Shown: in pieces, positions 18,801 through 35,400 of the stretch
Layout: every line of letters begins with the position of its first letter
Numbering within the stretch: the first letter of the stretch is position 1
Origin: Eledone cirrhosa
Taxonomy: Eukaryota
Direction of reading: 5' to 3'
Length of the DNA stretch: 64,000 bases
Assembly: GCA_964016885.1 (NCBI GenBank)
Contig: OZ024751.1
Span: forward strand, 52,886,001 to 52,950,000
The notes under the pieces: model-generated
Seen by the model: the letters and a program-made list of their open reading frames with translations, nothing else
The model's database searches: none
Told to the model about the DNA's origin: nothing
Made by a program: the position numbers and the translations under genes

Positions 18801-21800
18801 CACCAACAATTACAACAGCAACAACTACACCAACAATTACAACAGCAACAACTACATCAACAACTACACCAACAATTACAACAGCAACAACTACATCAAC
18901 AACTACACCAACGATTACAACAGCAACAACTACACCAACAATTGCAACAGCAACAACTACATCAACAATTACAACAGCAACAACTACACCAACAATTACA
19001 ATAGCAACAACTACACCAACAACTACACCAACAATTACAACAGCAACAACTACATCAACAATTACAACAGCAACAACTACACCAACAATTACAACAGCAA
19101 CAACTACATCAACAATTACAACAGCAACAACTACACCAACAATTACAACAGCAACAACTACACCAACAATTACAACAGCAACAACTACATCATCAATTAC
19201 AACAGCAACAACTACATCAACAATTACAACAGCAACAACTACATCAACAATTACATCAACAACTACACCAACAATTACAACAGCAACAACTACATCAACA
19301 ACTACACCAACAATTACAAGAGCAACAACTACATCAACAATTACAACAGCAACAACTACACCAACAATTACAACAGCAACAACTACACCAACAATTACAA
19401 CAGCAACAACTACACCAACAATTACAACAGCAACAACTACACCAACAATTACAACAGCAACAACTACACCAGCAATTACAACAGCAACAACTACAGCAAC
19501 AACTACACCAACAATTACAACAGCAACAACTACACCAACAATTACAAAAGCAACAACTACATCAACAACTACACCAACAATTACAACAGCAACAATTACA
19601 CCAACAATTACAACAGCAACAACTACATCAACAACTACACCAACAATTACAACAGCAACAACTACATCAACAACTACACCAACGATTACAACAGCAACAA
19701 CTACACCAACAATTACAACAGCAACAACTACATCAACAATTACAACATCAACAACTACATCAACAATTACAACAGCAACAACTACACCAACAATTACAAC
19801 ATCAACAACTACATCAACAATTAGATCAACAACAACTACACCAACAATTACAACAGGAACAACTACATCAATAATTACAACAGCAACAACTACATCAACA
19901 ACTACATCAACAATTACAACAGCAATAACTACACCAACAATTACAACAGCAACAACTACACCAACAATTACAACAGCAACAACTACATCAACAATTACAA
20001 CAGGAACAACTACATCAATAATTACAACAGCAACAACTACATCAACAACTACATCAACAATAACAACAGCAACAACTACACCAACAATTACAACAGCAAC
20101 AACTACATCAACAACTACATCAACAATTACAACAGGAACAACTACGTCAATAATTACAACAGCAACAACTACATCAAAAACTACATCAACAATTACAACA
20201 GCAACAACTACATCAACAATTACAACAGCAACAACTACATCAACAATTACAACAGCAACAACTACATCAACAACTACACCAACAATTACAACAGCAACAA
20301 GTACATCAACAACTACACCAACAATTACAACAGCAACAACTACATCAACAATTACAACAGAAACAACTACATCAACAACTACACCAACGATTACAACAGC
20401 AACAACTACACCAACAATTACAACAGCAACAACTACATCAACAATTACAACAGCAACAACTACATCAACAATTACAACAACAACAACTACACCAACAATT
20501 ACAACAGCGACAACTACATCAACAACTACACCAACAATTACAACAACTACATCAACAATTACAACAGCAACAATTACACCAACAATTACAACAGCAACAA
20601 CTACATCAACAATTACAACAGCAACAACTACATCAACAATTACAACAGCAACAACTACATCAACAATTACAACAGCAACAACTACACCAACAATTACAAC
20701 AGCAACAACTACACCAACAATTACAACAGCAACAACTACATCAACAATTACAACAGCAACAACTACACCAACAATTACAACAGCAACAACTTCACCAAAA
20801 ATTACAACAGCAACAACTACATCAATAATTACAACAGCAACAACTACACCAACAATTACAACAGCAACAACTACACCAACAATTACAACAGCAACAACTA
20901 CATCAACAATTACAACAGCAACAACTACACCAACAATTACAACAGCAACAACTTCACCAACAATTACAACAGCAACAACTACATCAATAATTACAACAGC
21001 AACAACTACACCAACAATTACAACAGCAACAACTACACCAACAATTACAACAGCAACAACTACATCAACAATTACAACAGCAACAACTACACCAACAATT
21101 ACAACAGCAACAACTACATCAACAATTACAACAGCAACAACTACACCAACAATTACAACAGCAACAACTACATCAACAATTACAACAGCAACAACTACAC
21201 CAACAATTACAACAGCAACAACTACAACAGCAACAACTACATCAGCAATTACAACAGCAACAACTACATCAACAATTACAACATCAACAACTACACCAAC
21301 AATTACAACAGCAACAACTACATCAACAATTACAACAGCAACAACTACACCAACAATTACAATAGCAACAACTACACCAACAACTACACCAACAATTACA
21401 ACAGCAACAACTACATCAACAATTACAACAGCAACAACTACACCAACAATTACAACAGCAACAACTACATCAACAATTACAACAGCAACAACTACACCAA
21501 CAATTACAACAGCAACAACTACACCAACAATTACAACAGCAACAACTACACCAACAATTAAAACAGCAACAACTACATCAACAATTACAACAGCAACAAC
21601 TACATCAACAACTACACCAACAATTACAACAGCAACAACTACATCAACAACTACACCAACAATTACAACAGCAACAACTACACCAACGATTACAACAGCA
21701 ACAACTACACCAACAATTACAACAGCAACAACTACATCAACAATTACAACAGCAACAACTACATCAACAATTACAACAGCAATAACTACACCAACAATTA

Positions 21801-22276
21801 CAACAGCAACAACTACATCAACAACTACACCAACAATTACAGCAGCAACAACTAGATCAACAATTACAACAGCAACAATTACACCAACAATTACAACAGG
21901 AACAACTACATCAACAATTACAACAGCAACAACTACATCAACAATTACAACAGCAACAACTACATCAACAATTACAACAGCAACAACTACACCAACAATT
22001 ACAACAGCAACAACTACACCAACAATTACAACAGCAACAACTACATCAACAATTACAACAGCAACAACTACACCAACAATTACAACAGCAACAACTTCAC
22101 CAACAATTACAACAGCAACAACTACATCAATAATTACAACAGCAACAACTACACCAACAATTACAACAGCAACAACTACACCAACAATTACAACAGCAAC
22201 AACTACATCAACAATTACAACAGCAACAACTACACCAACAATTACAACATCAACAACTACATCAACAATTACATGA
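11954..22276 (+). other. Longest stop-free stretch of the Thr-rich (TITTATTTP/S) frame, about 3,440 codons, no ATG
   Basis: Lies between T-frame TGA stops at 11951 and 22274, with no in-frame stop seen by eye. It is absent from the ORF track because it has no start codon. Coding status is unsupported. Confidence 0.35.
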
Positions 22277-25200
22277 ACAACAACTACACCAACAATTACA
22301 ACAGCAACAACTACATCAACAATTACAACAGCAACAACTACACCAACAATTACAACAGCAACAACTACATCAACAATTACAACAGCAACAACTACACCAA
22401 CAATTACAACAGCAACAACTACATCAACAATTACAACAGCAACAACTACACAAACAATTACAACAGCTACAACTACACCAACAATTACAACAGCAACAAC
22501 TACATCAACAATTACAACAGCAACAACTACATCAACAATTACAACATCAACAACTACACCAACAATTACAACAGCTACAACTACACCAACAAATACAACA
22601 GCAACAACTACACCAATAATTTCAACAGCAACAACTACATCAACAATTACAACAGCAACAACTACATCAACAACTACAACAGCAACAACTACACCAACAA
22701 TTACAACAGCAACAACTACACCAACAACTACACCAACAATTACAACAGCAACAACTACATCAACAATTACAACAGCAACAACTACACCAACAATTACAAC
22801 AGCAACAACTACACCAACAATTACAACGGCAACAACTACATCAACAATTACAACAGCAACAACTACACCAACAATTACAACAGCAACAACTACACCAACA
22901 ATTACAACAGCAACAACTACACCAACAATTACAACAGCAACAACTACATCAACAATTACAACAGCAACAACTACATCAACAATTACAACATCAACAACTA
23001 CACCAACAATTACAACAGCTACAACGACACCAACAAATACAACAGCAACAACTGCACCAACAATTTCAACAGCAACAACTACATCAACAATTTCAACAGC
23101 AACAACTACATCAACAATTACAACAGCAACAACTACATCAACAATTACAACAGCAACAATTGCAACAGCAACAACTACATCAACAATTACAACAGCAACA
23201 ACTACACCAACAATTACAACAGCAACAACTACACCAACAATTACAACAGCAACAACTACATCAACAACTACACCAACAATTACAACAGCAACAACTACAT
23301 CAACAATTACAACAGCAACAATTACACCAACAATTACAACAGCAACAACTACATCAACAACTACACCAACGATTACAACAGCAACAACTACACCAACAAT
23401 TACAACAGCAACAACTACATCAACAATTACAACAGCAACAACTACATCAACAATTACAACAGCAACAACTACACCAACAATTACAACAGCAACAACTACA
23501 TCAACAACTACACCAACAATTACAACAGCAACAACTACATCAACAATTACAACAGCAACAATTACACCAACAATTACAACAGCAACAACTACATCAACAA
23601 TTACAACAGCAACAACTACATCAACAATTACAACAGCAACAACTACATCAACAATTACAACAGCAACAACTACACCAACAATTACAACAGCAACAACTAC
23701 ACCAACAATTACAACAGCAACAACTACACCAACAATTACAACAGCAACAACTTCACTAACAATTACAACTGCAACAACTACACCAACAATTACAACAGCA
23801 ACAACTACATCAACAATTACAACAGCAACAACTACACCAACAATTACAACAGCAACAACTACATCAACAATTACAACAGCAACAACTACACCAACAATTA
23901 CAACAGCAACAACTACATCAACAATTACAACAGCAACAACTACACCAACAATTACAACAGCAACAACTGCACCAACAATTACAACAGCAACAACTACATC
24001 AACAATTACAACAGCAACAACTACATCAACAATTACAACATCAACAACTACACCAACAATTACAACAGCAATAACTACACCAACAAATACAACAGCAACA
24101 ACTACACCAACAATTTCAACAGCAACAACTACATCAACAATTACAACAGCAACAACTACACCAACAATTACAATAGCAACAACTACACCAACAACTACAC
24201 CAACAATTACAACAGCAACAACTACATCAACAATTACAACAGCAACAACTACACCAACAATTACAACAGCAACAACTACATCAACAATTACAACAGCAAC
24301 AACTACACCAACAATTACAACAGCAACAACTACACCAACAATTACAACAGCAACAACTACATCAACAATTACAACAGCAACAACTACATCAACAATTACA
24401 ACAGCAACAACTACATCAACAATTACAACATCAACAACTACACCAACAATTACAACAGCAACAACTACATCAACAACAACTACATCAACAATTACAACAG
24501 CAACAACTACATCAACAATTACAACAGCAACAACTACACCAACAATTACAACAGCAACAACTACATCAACAATTACAACAGCAACAACTACACCAACAAC
24601 TACACCAACAATTACAACAGCAACATCTACACCAACAATTACAACAGCAACAACTACACCAACAATTACAACATCAACAACTACACCAACAATTACAACA
24701 GCAACAACTACATCAACAATTACAACAGCAACAACTACACCAACAATTACAACAGCAACAAATACACCAACAATTACAACAGCAACAACTACACCAACAA
24801 TTACAACAGCAACAACTACATCAACAATAACAACAGCAACAACTACACCAACAATTACAACAACAACAACTACAACAACAATTACAGCAGCAACAACTAC
24901 ATCAACAACTACACCAACAATTACAACAGCAACAATTAGACCAACAATTACAACAGCAACAACTACACCAACAACTACACCAACAATTACAACAGCAAAC
25001 ACTACATCAACAACTACACCAACAATTACAACAGCAACAACTACACCAACAATTACAACAGCAACAATTACAAAAGCAACAACTACATCAACAACTACAC
25101 CAACAATTACAACAGCAACAACTACACCAACAATTACAACAGCAACAACTACATCAACAACTACACCAACAATTACAACAGCAACAACTACATCAACAAC

Positions 25201-27300
25201 TACACCAACGATTACAACAGCAACAACTACACCAACAATTGCAACAGCAACAACTACATCAACAATTACAACAGCAACAACTACACCAACAATTACAATA
25301 GCAACAACTACACCAACAACTACACCAACAATTACAACAGCAACAACTACATCAACAATTACAACAGCAACAACTACACCAACAATTACAACAGCAACAA
25401 CTACATCAACAATTACAACAGCAACAACTACACCAACAATTACAACAGCAACAACTACACCAACAATTACAACAGCAACAACTACATCATCAATTACAAC
25501 AGCAACAACTACATCAACAATTACAACAGCAACAACTACATCAACAATTACATCAACAACTACACCAACAATTACAACAGCAACAACTACATCAACAACT
25601 ACACCAACAATTACAAGAGCAACAACTACATCAACAATTACAACAGCAACAACTACACCAACAATTACAACAGCAACAACTACACCAACAATTACAACAG
25701 CAACAACTACACCAACAATTACAACAGCAACAACTACACCAGCAATTACAACAGCAACAACTACAGCAACAACTGCACCAACAATTACAACAGCAACAAC
25801 TACACCAACAATTACAAAAGCAACAACTACATCAACAACTACACCAACAATTACAACAGCAACAATTACACCAACAATTACAACAGCAACAACTACATCA
25901 ACAACTACACCAACAATTACAACAGCAACAACTACATCAACAACTACACCAACGATTACAACAGCAACAACTACACCAACAATTACAACAGCAACAACTA
26001 CATCAACAATTACAACATCAACAACTACATCAACAATTACAACAGCAACAACTACACCAACAATTACAACATCAACAACTACATCAACAATTAGATCAAC
26101 AACAACTACACCAACAATTACAACAGGAACAACTACATCAATAATTACAACAGCAACAACTACATCAACAACTACATCAACAATTACAACAGCAATAACT
26201 ACACCAACAATTACAACAGCAACAACTACACCAACAATTACAACAGCAACAACTACATCAACAATTACAACAGGAACAACTACATCAATAATTACAACAG
26301 CAACAACTACATCAACAACTACATCAACAATAACAACAGCAACAACTACACCAACAATTACAACAGCAACAACTACATCAACAACTACATCAACAATTAC
26401 AACAGGAACAACTACGTCAATAATTACAACAGCAACAACTACATCAACAATTACAACAGCAACAACTACATCAACAATTACAACAGCAACAACTACATCA
26501 ACAATTACAACAGCAACAACTACATCAACAACTACACCAACAATTACAACAGCAACAACTACATCAACAACTACACCAACAATTACAACAGCAACAACTA
26601 CATCAACAATTACAACAGAAACAACTACATCAACAACTACACCAACGATTACAACAGCAACAACTACACCAACAATTACAACAGCAACAACTACATCAAC
26701 AATTACAACAGCAACAACTACATCAACAATTACAACAACAACAACTACACCAACAATTACAACAGCGACAACTACATCAACAACTACACCAACAATTACA
26801 ACAACTACATCAACAATTACAACAGCAACAATTACACCAACAATTACAACAGCAACAACTACATCAACAATTACAACAGCAACAACTACATCAACAATTA
26901 CAACAGCAACAACTACATCAACAATTACAACAGCAACAACTACACCAACAATTACAACAGCAACAACTACACCAACAATTACAACAGCAACAACTACATC
27001 AACAACTACACCAACAATTACAACAGCAACAACTACACCAACAATTACAACAGCAACAACTTCACCAAAAATTACAACAGCAACAACTACATCAATAATT
27101 ACAACAGCAACAACTACACCAACAATTACAACAGCAACAACTACACCAACAATTACAACAGCAACAACTACATCAACAATTACAACAGCAACAACTACAC
27201 CAACAATTACAACAGCAACAACTTCACCAACAATTACAACAGCAACAACTACATCAATAATTACAACAGCAACAACTACACCAACAATTACAACAGCAAC
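12950..27300. repeat. Nested higher-order duplications with periods of about 1.6, 2.9 and 6.3 kb
   Basis: AATTAGACC marker (TAG position) at 14116, 15715, 18640 and 24937 (spacings 1599, 2925, 6297). AATTAGATC at 19822/26092 (6270). AGCGAC near 17569, 20506 and 26764. Confidence 0.8.
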
Positions 27301-29390
27301 AACTACACCAACAATTACAACAGCAACAACTACATCAATAATTACAACACCAACAACTACACCAACAATTACAACAGCAAACACTACATCAACAACTACA
27401 CCAACAATTACAACAGCAACAACTACACCAACAATTACAACAGCAACAACTACATCAACAATTACAACACCAACAACTACACCAACAATTACAACAGCAA
27501 CACCTACATCAACAACTACACCAACAATTACAACAGCAACAACTACACCAACAATTACAACAGCAACAACTACATCAACAACTACACCAACAATTACAAC
27601 AGCAACAACTACACCAACGATTACAACAGCAACAACTACACCAACAATTACAACAGCAACAACTACATCAACAATTATAACAGCAACAACTACACCAACA
27701 ATTACAATAGCAACAACTACACCAACAACTACACCAACAATTACAACAGCAACAACTACATCAACAATTACAACAGCAACAACTACACCAACAATTACAA
27801 CAGCAACAACTACATGAACAATTACAACAGCAACAACCACACCAACAATTACAACAGCAACAACTACACCAACAATTACAACAGCAACAACTACACCAAC
27901 AATTACAACAGCAACAACTACACCAACAATTACAACAGCAACAACTACACCAGCAATTACAACAACAACAACTACAGCAACAACTACACCAACAATTACA
28001 ACAGCAACAACTACACCAACAATTACAAAAGCAACAACTACATCAACAACTACACCAACAATTACAACGGCAACAACTACACCAACAATTACAACAGCAA
28101 CAACTACATCAACAACTACACCAACAATTACAACAGCAACAACTACATCAACAACTACACCAACGATTACAACAGCAACAACTACACCAACAATTACAAC
28201 AGCAACAACTACATCAACAATTACAACATCAACAACTACATCAACAATTACAACAGCAACAACTACACCAACAATTACAACATCAACAACTACATCAACA
28301 ATTACATCAACAACAACTACACCAACAATTACAACAGCAACAACTACATCAACAACTACATCAACAATTACAACAGCAATAACTACACCAACAATTACAA
28401 CATCAACAACTACACCAACAATTACAACAGCAACAACTACATCAACAATTACAACAGGAACAACTACATCAATAATTACAACAGCAACAACTACATCAAC
28501 AACTACATCAACAATTACAACAGCAACAACTACACCAACAATTACAACAGCAACAACTACATCAACAATTACAACAGGAACAACTACGTCAATAATTACA
28601 ACAGCAACAACTACATCGAAAACTACATCAACAATTACAACAGCAACAACTACATCAACAATTACAACAGCAACAACTACATCAACAATTACAACAGCAA
28701 CAACTACATCAACAACTACACCAACAATTACAACAGCAACAACTACATCAACAACTACACCAACAATTACAACAGCAACAACTACATCAACAATTACAAC
28801 AGAAACAACTACATCAACAACTACACCAACGATTACAACAGCAACAACTACACCAACAATTACAACAGCAACAACTACATCAACAATTACAACAGCAACA
28901 ACTACATCAACAATTACAACAGAAACAACTACATCAACAACTACACCAACAATTACAACAACAACAACTACACCAACAATTACAACAGCAACAACTACAC
29001 CAACAATTACAACAGCAACAACTACATCAACAGTTACAACAGCAACAATTACACCAACAATTACAACAGCAACAACTACATCAACAATTACAACAGCAAC
29101 AACTACATCAACAATTACAACAGCAACAACTACACCAACAATTACAACAGCAACAACTACACCAACAATTACAACAGCAACAAGTACATCAACAATTACA
29201 ACAGCAACAACTACACCAACAATTACAACAGCAACAACTACATCAACAATTACAACAGCAACAACTACACCAACAATTACAACAGCAACAACTTCACCAA
29301 CAATTACAACAGCAACAACTACATCAATAATTACAACAGCAACAACTACACCAACAATTACAACAGCAACAACTACATCAACAATTACGA

Positions 29391-29800
29391 CAGGAACAAC
29401 TACATCAATAATTACAACAGCAACAACTACATCAACAACTACATCAACAATTACAACAGCAACAACTACACCAACAATTACAACAGCAACAACTACATCA
29501 ACAATTACAACAGGAACAACTACGTCAATAATTACAACAGCAACAACTACATCAATAACTACACCAACAATTACAACATCAACAACTACACCAACAATTA
29601 CAACAGCAACAACTACATCAACAATTACAACAGGAACAACTACATCAATAATTACAACAGCAACAACTACATCAACAACTATATCAACAATTACAACAGC
29701 AACAACTACACCAACAATTACAACAGCAACAACTACATCAACAATTACAACAGGAACAACTACGTCAATAATTACAACAGCAACAACTACATCAAAAACT
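29391..29800. repeat. 120-bp higher-order unit x4, organised as a 240-bp dimer
   Basis: CAGGAAC at 29391, 29511, 29631 and 29751, followed alternately by TACATCAAT and TACGTCAAT. Confidence 0.85.
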
Positions 29801-32449
29801 ACATCAACAATTACAACAGCAACAACTACATCAACAATTACAACAGCAACAACTACATCAACAATTACAACAGCAACAACTACATCAACAACTACACCAA
29901 CAATTACAACAGCAACAACTACATCAACAACTACACCAACAATTACAACAGCAACAACTACATCAACAATTACAACAGCAACAACTACATCAACAATTAC
30001 AACAGCAACAACTACATCAACAATTACAACAACAACAACTACACCAACAATTACAACAGCAACAACTACACCAACAATTACAACACCAACAACTACATCA
30101 ACAGTTACAACAGCAACAATTACACCAACAATTACAACAGCAACAACTACATCAACAATTACAACAGCAACAACTACATCAACAATTACAACAGCAACAA
30201 CTACACCAACAATTACAACAGCAACAACTACATCAATAATTACAACAGCAACAACTACACCAACAATTACAACAGCAACAACTACACCAACAATTACAAC
30301 AGCAACAACTACATCAACAATTACAACAGCAACAACTACACCAACAATTACAACAGCAACAACTTCACCAACAATTACAACAGCAACAACTACATCAATA
30401 ATTACAACAGCAACAACTACACCAACAATTACAACAGCAACAACTACACCAACAACTACACCAACAATTACAACAGCAACAACTACATCAACAATTACAA
30501 CAGCAACAACTACACCAACAATTACAACAGCAACAACTACATCAACAATTACAACAGCAACAACTACACCAACAATTACAACAGCAACAACTACATCAAC
30601 AATTACAACAGCAACAACTACACCAACAATTACAACAGCAACAACTACATCAATAATTACAACAGCAACAACTACACCAACAATTACAACAGCAACAACT
30701 ACACCAACAATTACAACAGCAACAACTACATCAATAATTACAACAGCAACAACTACACCAACAATTACAACATCAACAACTACACCAACAATTACAACAG
30801 CAACAACTACATCAACAATTACAACAGCAACAACTACACCAACAATTACAACAGCAACAACTACATCAACAATTACAACAGCAACAACTACACCAACAAT
30901 TACAACAACAACAACTACATCAACAATTACAACAGCAACAACTACACCAACAATTACAACAGCAACAACTACACCAACAATTACAACAGCAACAACTACA
31001 TCAACAATTACAACAGCAACAACTACATCAACAATTACAACATCAACAACTACACCAACAATTACAACAGCAACAACTACACCAACAAATACAACAGCAA
31101 CAACTACACCAACAATTTCAACAGCAACAATTACATCAACAATTACAACAGCAACAACTACACCAACAATTACAATAGCAACAACTACACCAACAACTAC
31201 ACCAACAATTACAACAGCAACAACTACATCAACAATTACAACAGCAACAACTACACCAACAATTACAACAGCAACAACTACACCAACAATTACAACAGCA
31301 ACAACTACACCAACAATTACAACAGCAACAACTACATCAACAATTACAACAGCAACAACTACATCAACAATTACAAGAGCAACAACTACATCAACAATTA
31401 CAACATCAACAACTACACCAACAATTACAACAGCAACAACTACATCAACAACAACTACATCAACAATTACAACAGCAACAACTACATCAACAATTACAAC
31501 AGCAACAAATACACCAACAATTACAACAGCAACAATTACAACAGCAACAACTACATCAACAATTACAACAGCAACAACTACACCAACAATTACAACAGCA
31601 ACAACTACACCAACAATTACAGCAGCAACAACTACATCAACAACTACACCAACAATTACAACAGCAACAATTAGACCAACAATTACAACAGCAACAACTA
31701 CACCAACAACTACACCAACAATTACAACAGCAAACACTACATCAACAACTACACCAACAATTACAACACCAACAACTACACCAACAATTACAACAAAAAC
31801 AACTACATCAACAACTACATCAACAACAACTACATCAACAATTACAACAGCAACAACTACATCAACAATTACAACAGCAACAACTACACCAACAATTACA
31901 ACAGCAACAACTAAATCAACAATTACAACAGCAACAACTACACCAACAACTACACCAACAATTACAACAGCAACAACTACACCAACAATTACAACAGCAA
32001 CAACTACACCAACAATTACAACATCAACAACTACACCAACAATTACAACAGCAACAACTACATCAACAATTACAACAGCAACAACTACACCAACAATTAC
32101 AACAGCAACAAATACACCAACAATTACAACAGCAACAAATACACCAACAATTACAACAGCAACAACTACACCAACAATTACAACAGCAACAACTACATCA
32201 ACAATTACAACAGCAACAACTACACCAACAATTACAACAGCAACAACTGCACCAACAATTACAGCAGCAACAACTACATCAACAACTACACCAACAATTA
32301 CAACAGCAACAATTAGACCAACGATTACAACAGCAACAACTACACCAACAACTACACCAACAATTACAACAGCAAACACTACATCAACAACTACACCAAC
32401 AATTACAACACCAACAACTACACCAACAATTACAACAGCAACAACTACA

Positions 32450-35400
32450 CCAACAATTACAACAGCAACAACTACACCAACAACTACATCAACAATTACA
32501 ACACCAACAATTACAACACCAACAACTACACCAACAATTACAACAGCAACAACTACATCAACAATTACAACACCAACAACTACACCAACAATTACAACAG
32601 CAACAACTACACCAACAATTACAACAGCAACAACTACACCAACAATTACAACAGCAACAACTACAGCAACAACTACAGCATCAACTACACCAACAATTAC
32701 AACAGCAACAACTACACCGACAATTACAACAGCAACAACTACAGCAAGAACTACACCAACAATTACAAGAGCAACAACTACATCAACAATTACAACAGCA
32801 ACAACTACATCAACAACTACACCAACAATTACAACAGCAACAATTAGATCAACAATTACAACAGCAACAACTACATCAACAACTACACCAACAATTACTA
32901 CAGCAACAACTACATCAACAACTACACCAACAATTACAACATCAACAACTACATCAACAATTACAACAGCAACAACTACACCAACAATTACAACAGCAAC
33001 AACTACACCAACAATTACAACAGCAACAACTACACCAACAATTACAACAGCAACAACTACACCAACAATTACAACAGCAACAACTACACCAACAATTACA
33101 ACAGCAACAACTACACCAACAATTACAACAGCAACAACTACACCAACAATTACAACAGCAACAACTACATCAACAATTACAACAGCAACAACTACATCAA
33201 CAACTACACCAACGATTACAACAGCAACAACTACATCAACAATTACAACATCAACAACTACATCAACAATTACAACAACTACATCAACAATTACAACATC
33301 AACAACTACATCAACAATTACAACAGCAACAACTACACCAACAATTACAACAACTACATCAACAATTACAACAGAAACAACTACATCAACAACTATACCA
33401 ACAATTACAACAGCAACAATTAGATCAACAATTACAACAGCAACAACTACATCAACAACTACACCAACAATTACAAGAGCAACAACTACATCAACAACTA
33501 CACCAACAATTACAACATCAACAACTACATCAACAATTACAACAGCAACAACTACACCAACAATTACAACAGCAACAACTACACCAACAATGACAACAGC
33601 AACAACTACACCAACAATTACAACAGCAACAACTACACCAACAATTACAACAGCAACAACTACACCAACAATTACAACAGCAACAACTACACCAACAATT
33701 ACAACAGCAACAACTACATCAACAATTACAACATGAACAACTACATCAACAATTACAACAGCAACAACTACACCAACAATTACAACAGCAACAACTACAT
33801 CAACAATTACAACAGAAACAACTACATCAACAACTACACCAACGATTACAACAGCAACAACTACACCAACAATTACAACAGCAACAACTACATCAACAAT
33901 TACAACAGCAACAACTACATTAACAATTACAACAACAGCAACTACACCAACAATTACAACAGCAACAACTACATCAACAACTACACCAACAATTACAACA
34001 GCAACAACTACATCAACAATTACAACAGTAACAACTACACCAACAATTACAACAGCAACAACTACATCAACAATTACAACAGCAACAACTACATCAACAA
34101 TTACAACAGCAACAACTACACCAACAATTACAACAGCAACAACTACACCAACAATTACAACAGCAACAACTACATCAACAATTACAACAGCAACAACTAC
34201 ACCAACAATTACAACAGCAACAACTACACCAACAATTACAACAGCAACAACTACATCAATAATTACAACAGCAACAACTACACCAACAATTACAACAGCA
34301 ACAACTACACCAACAAATACTACAGCAACAACTACATCAACAATTACAACAGCAACAACTACATCAACAATTACAACAGCAACAACTACACCAACAATTA
34401 CAACATCAACAACTACATCAACAATTACATGAACAACAACTACACCAACAATTACAACAGCAACAACTACATCAACAATTGCAACAGCAACAACTACACC
34501 AACAATTACAACAGCAACAAATACATCAACAATTACAACAGCAACAACTACACCAAAAATTACAACAGCAACAACTACATCAACAATTACAGCAGCAACA
34601 ACTACACCAACAATTACAACAGCAACAACTACACCAACAATTACAACAGCAACAAATACATCAACAATTACAACATCAACAACTACACCAACAATTACAA
34701 CAGCAACAACTACACCAACAATTACAACACCAACAACTACACCAACAATTTCAACAGCAACAACTACATCAACAATTACAACAGCAACAACTACATCAAC
34801 AATTACAACAGCAACAACTACACCAACAATTACAACAGCAACAACTACACCAACAATTACAACAGCAACAACTACACCAACAATTACAACAGCAACAACT
34901 ACATCAACAATTACAACATCAACAACTACACCAACAATTACAACAACAACAACTACACCAACAATTACAACAGCAACAACTACACCAACAATTTCAACGG
35001 CAACAACTACATCAACAACAACTACATCAACAATTACAACAGCAACAACTACATCAACAATTACAACAGCAACAACTACACCAACAATTATAACAGCAAC
35101 AACTACATCAACAATTACAACAGCAACAACTACACCAACAACTACACCAACAATTACAACGGCAACAACTACACCAACAATTACAACAGCAACAACTACA
35201 CCAACAATTACAACAGCAACAACTACACCAACAACTACATCAACAATTACAACACCAACAATTACAACACCAACAACTACACCAACAATTACAACAGCAA
35301 CAACTACACCAACAATTACAACAGTAACAACTACATCAACAATTACAACACCAACAACTACACCAACAATTACAACAGCAACAACTACACCAACAATTAC

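Larger units (their letters stand above)
1927..28700. repeat. Recurrent left-domain cassette of about 0.7 kb (ACCAGC...AAAAGC...AACGAT...AGGAAC...GTCAATAAT), 8 copies
   Basis: The ACCAGCAAT marker followed by the same variant series occurs at 1927, 3979, 9112, 11167, 16531, 19468, 25738 and 27949. Pair spacings include 2052, 2055, 2937 and 6270. Confidence 0.8.
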
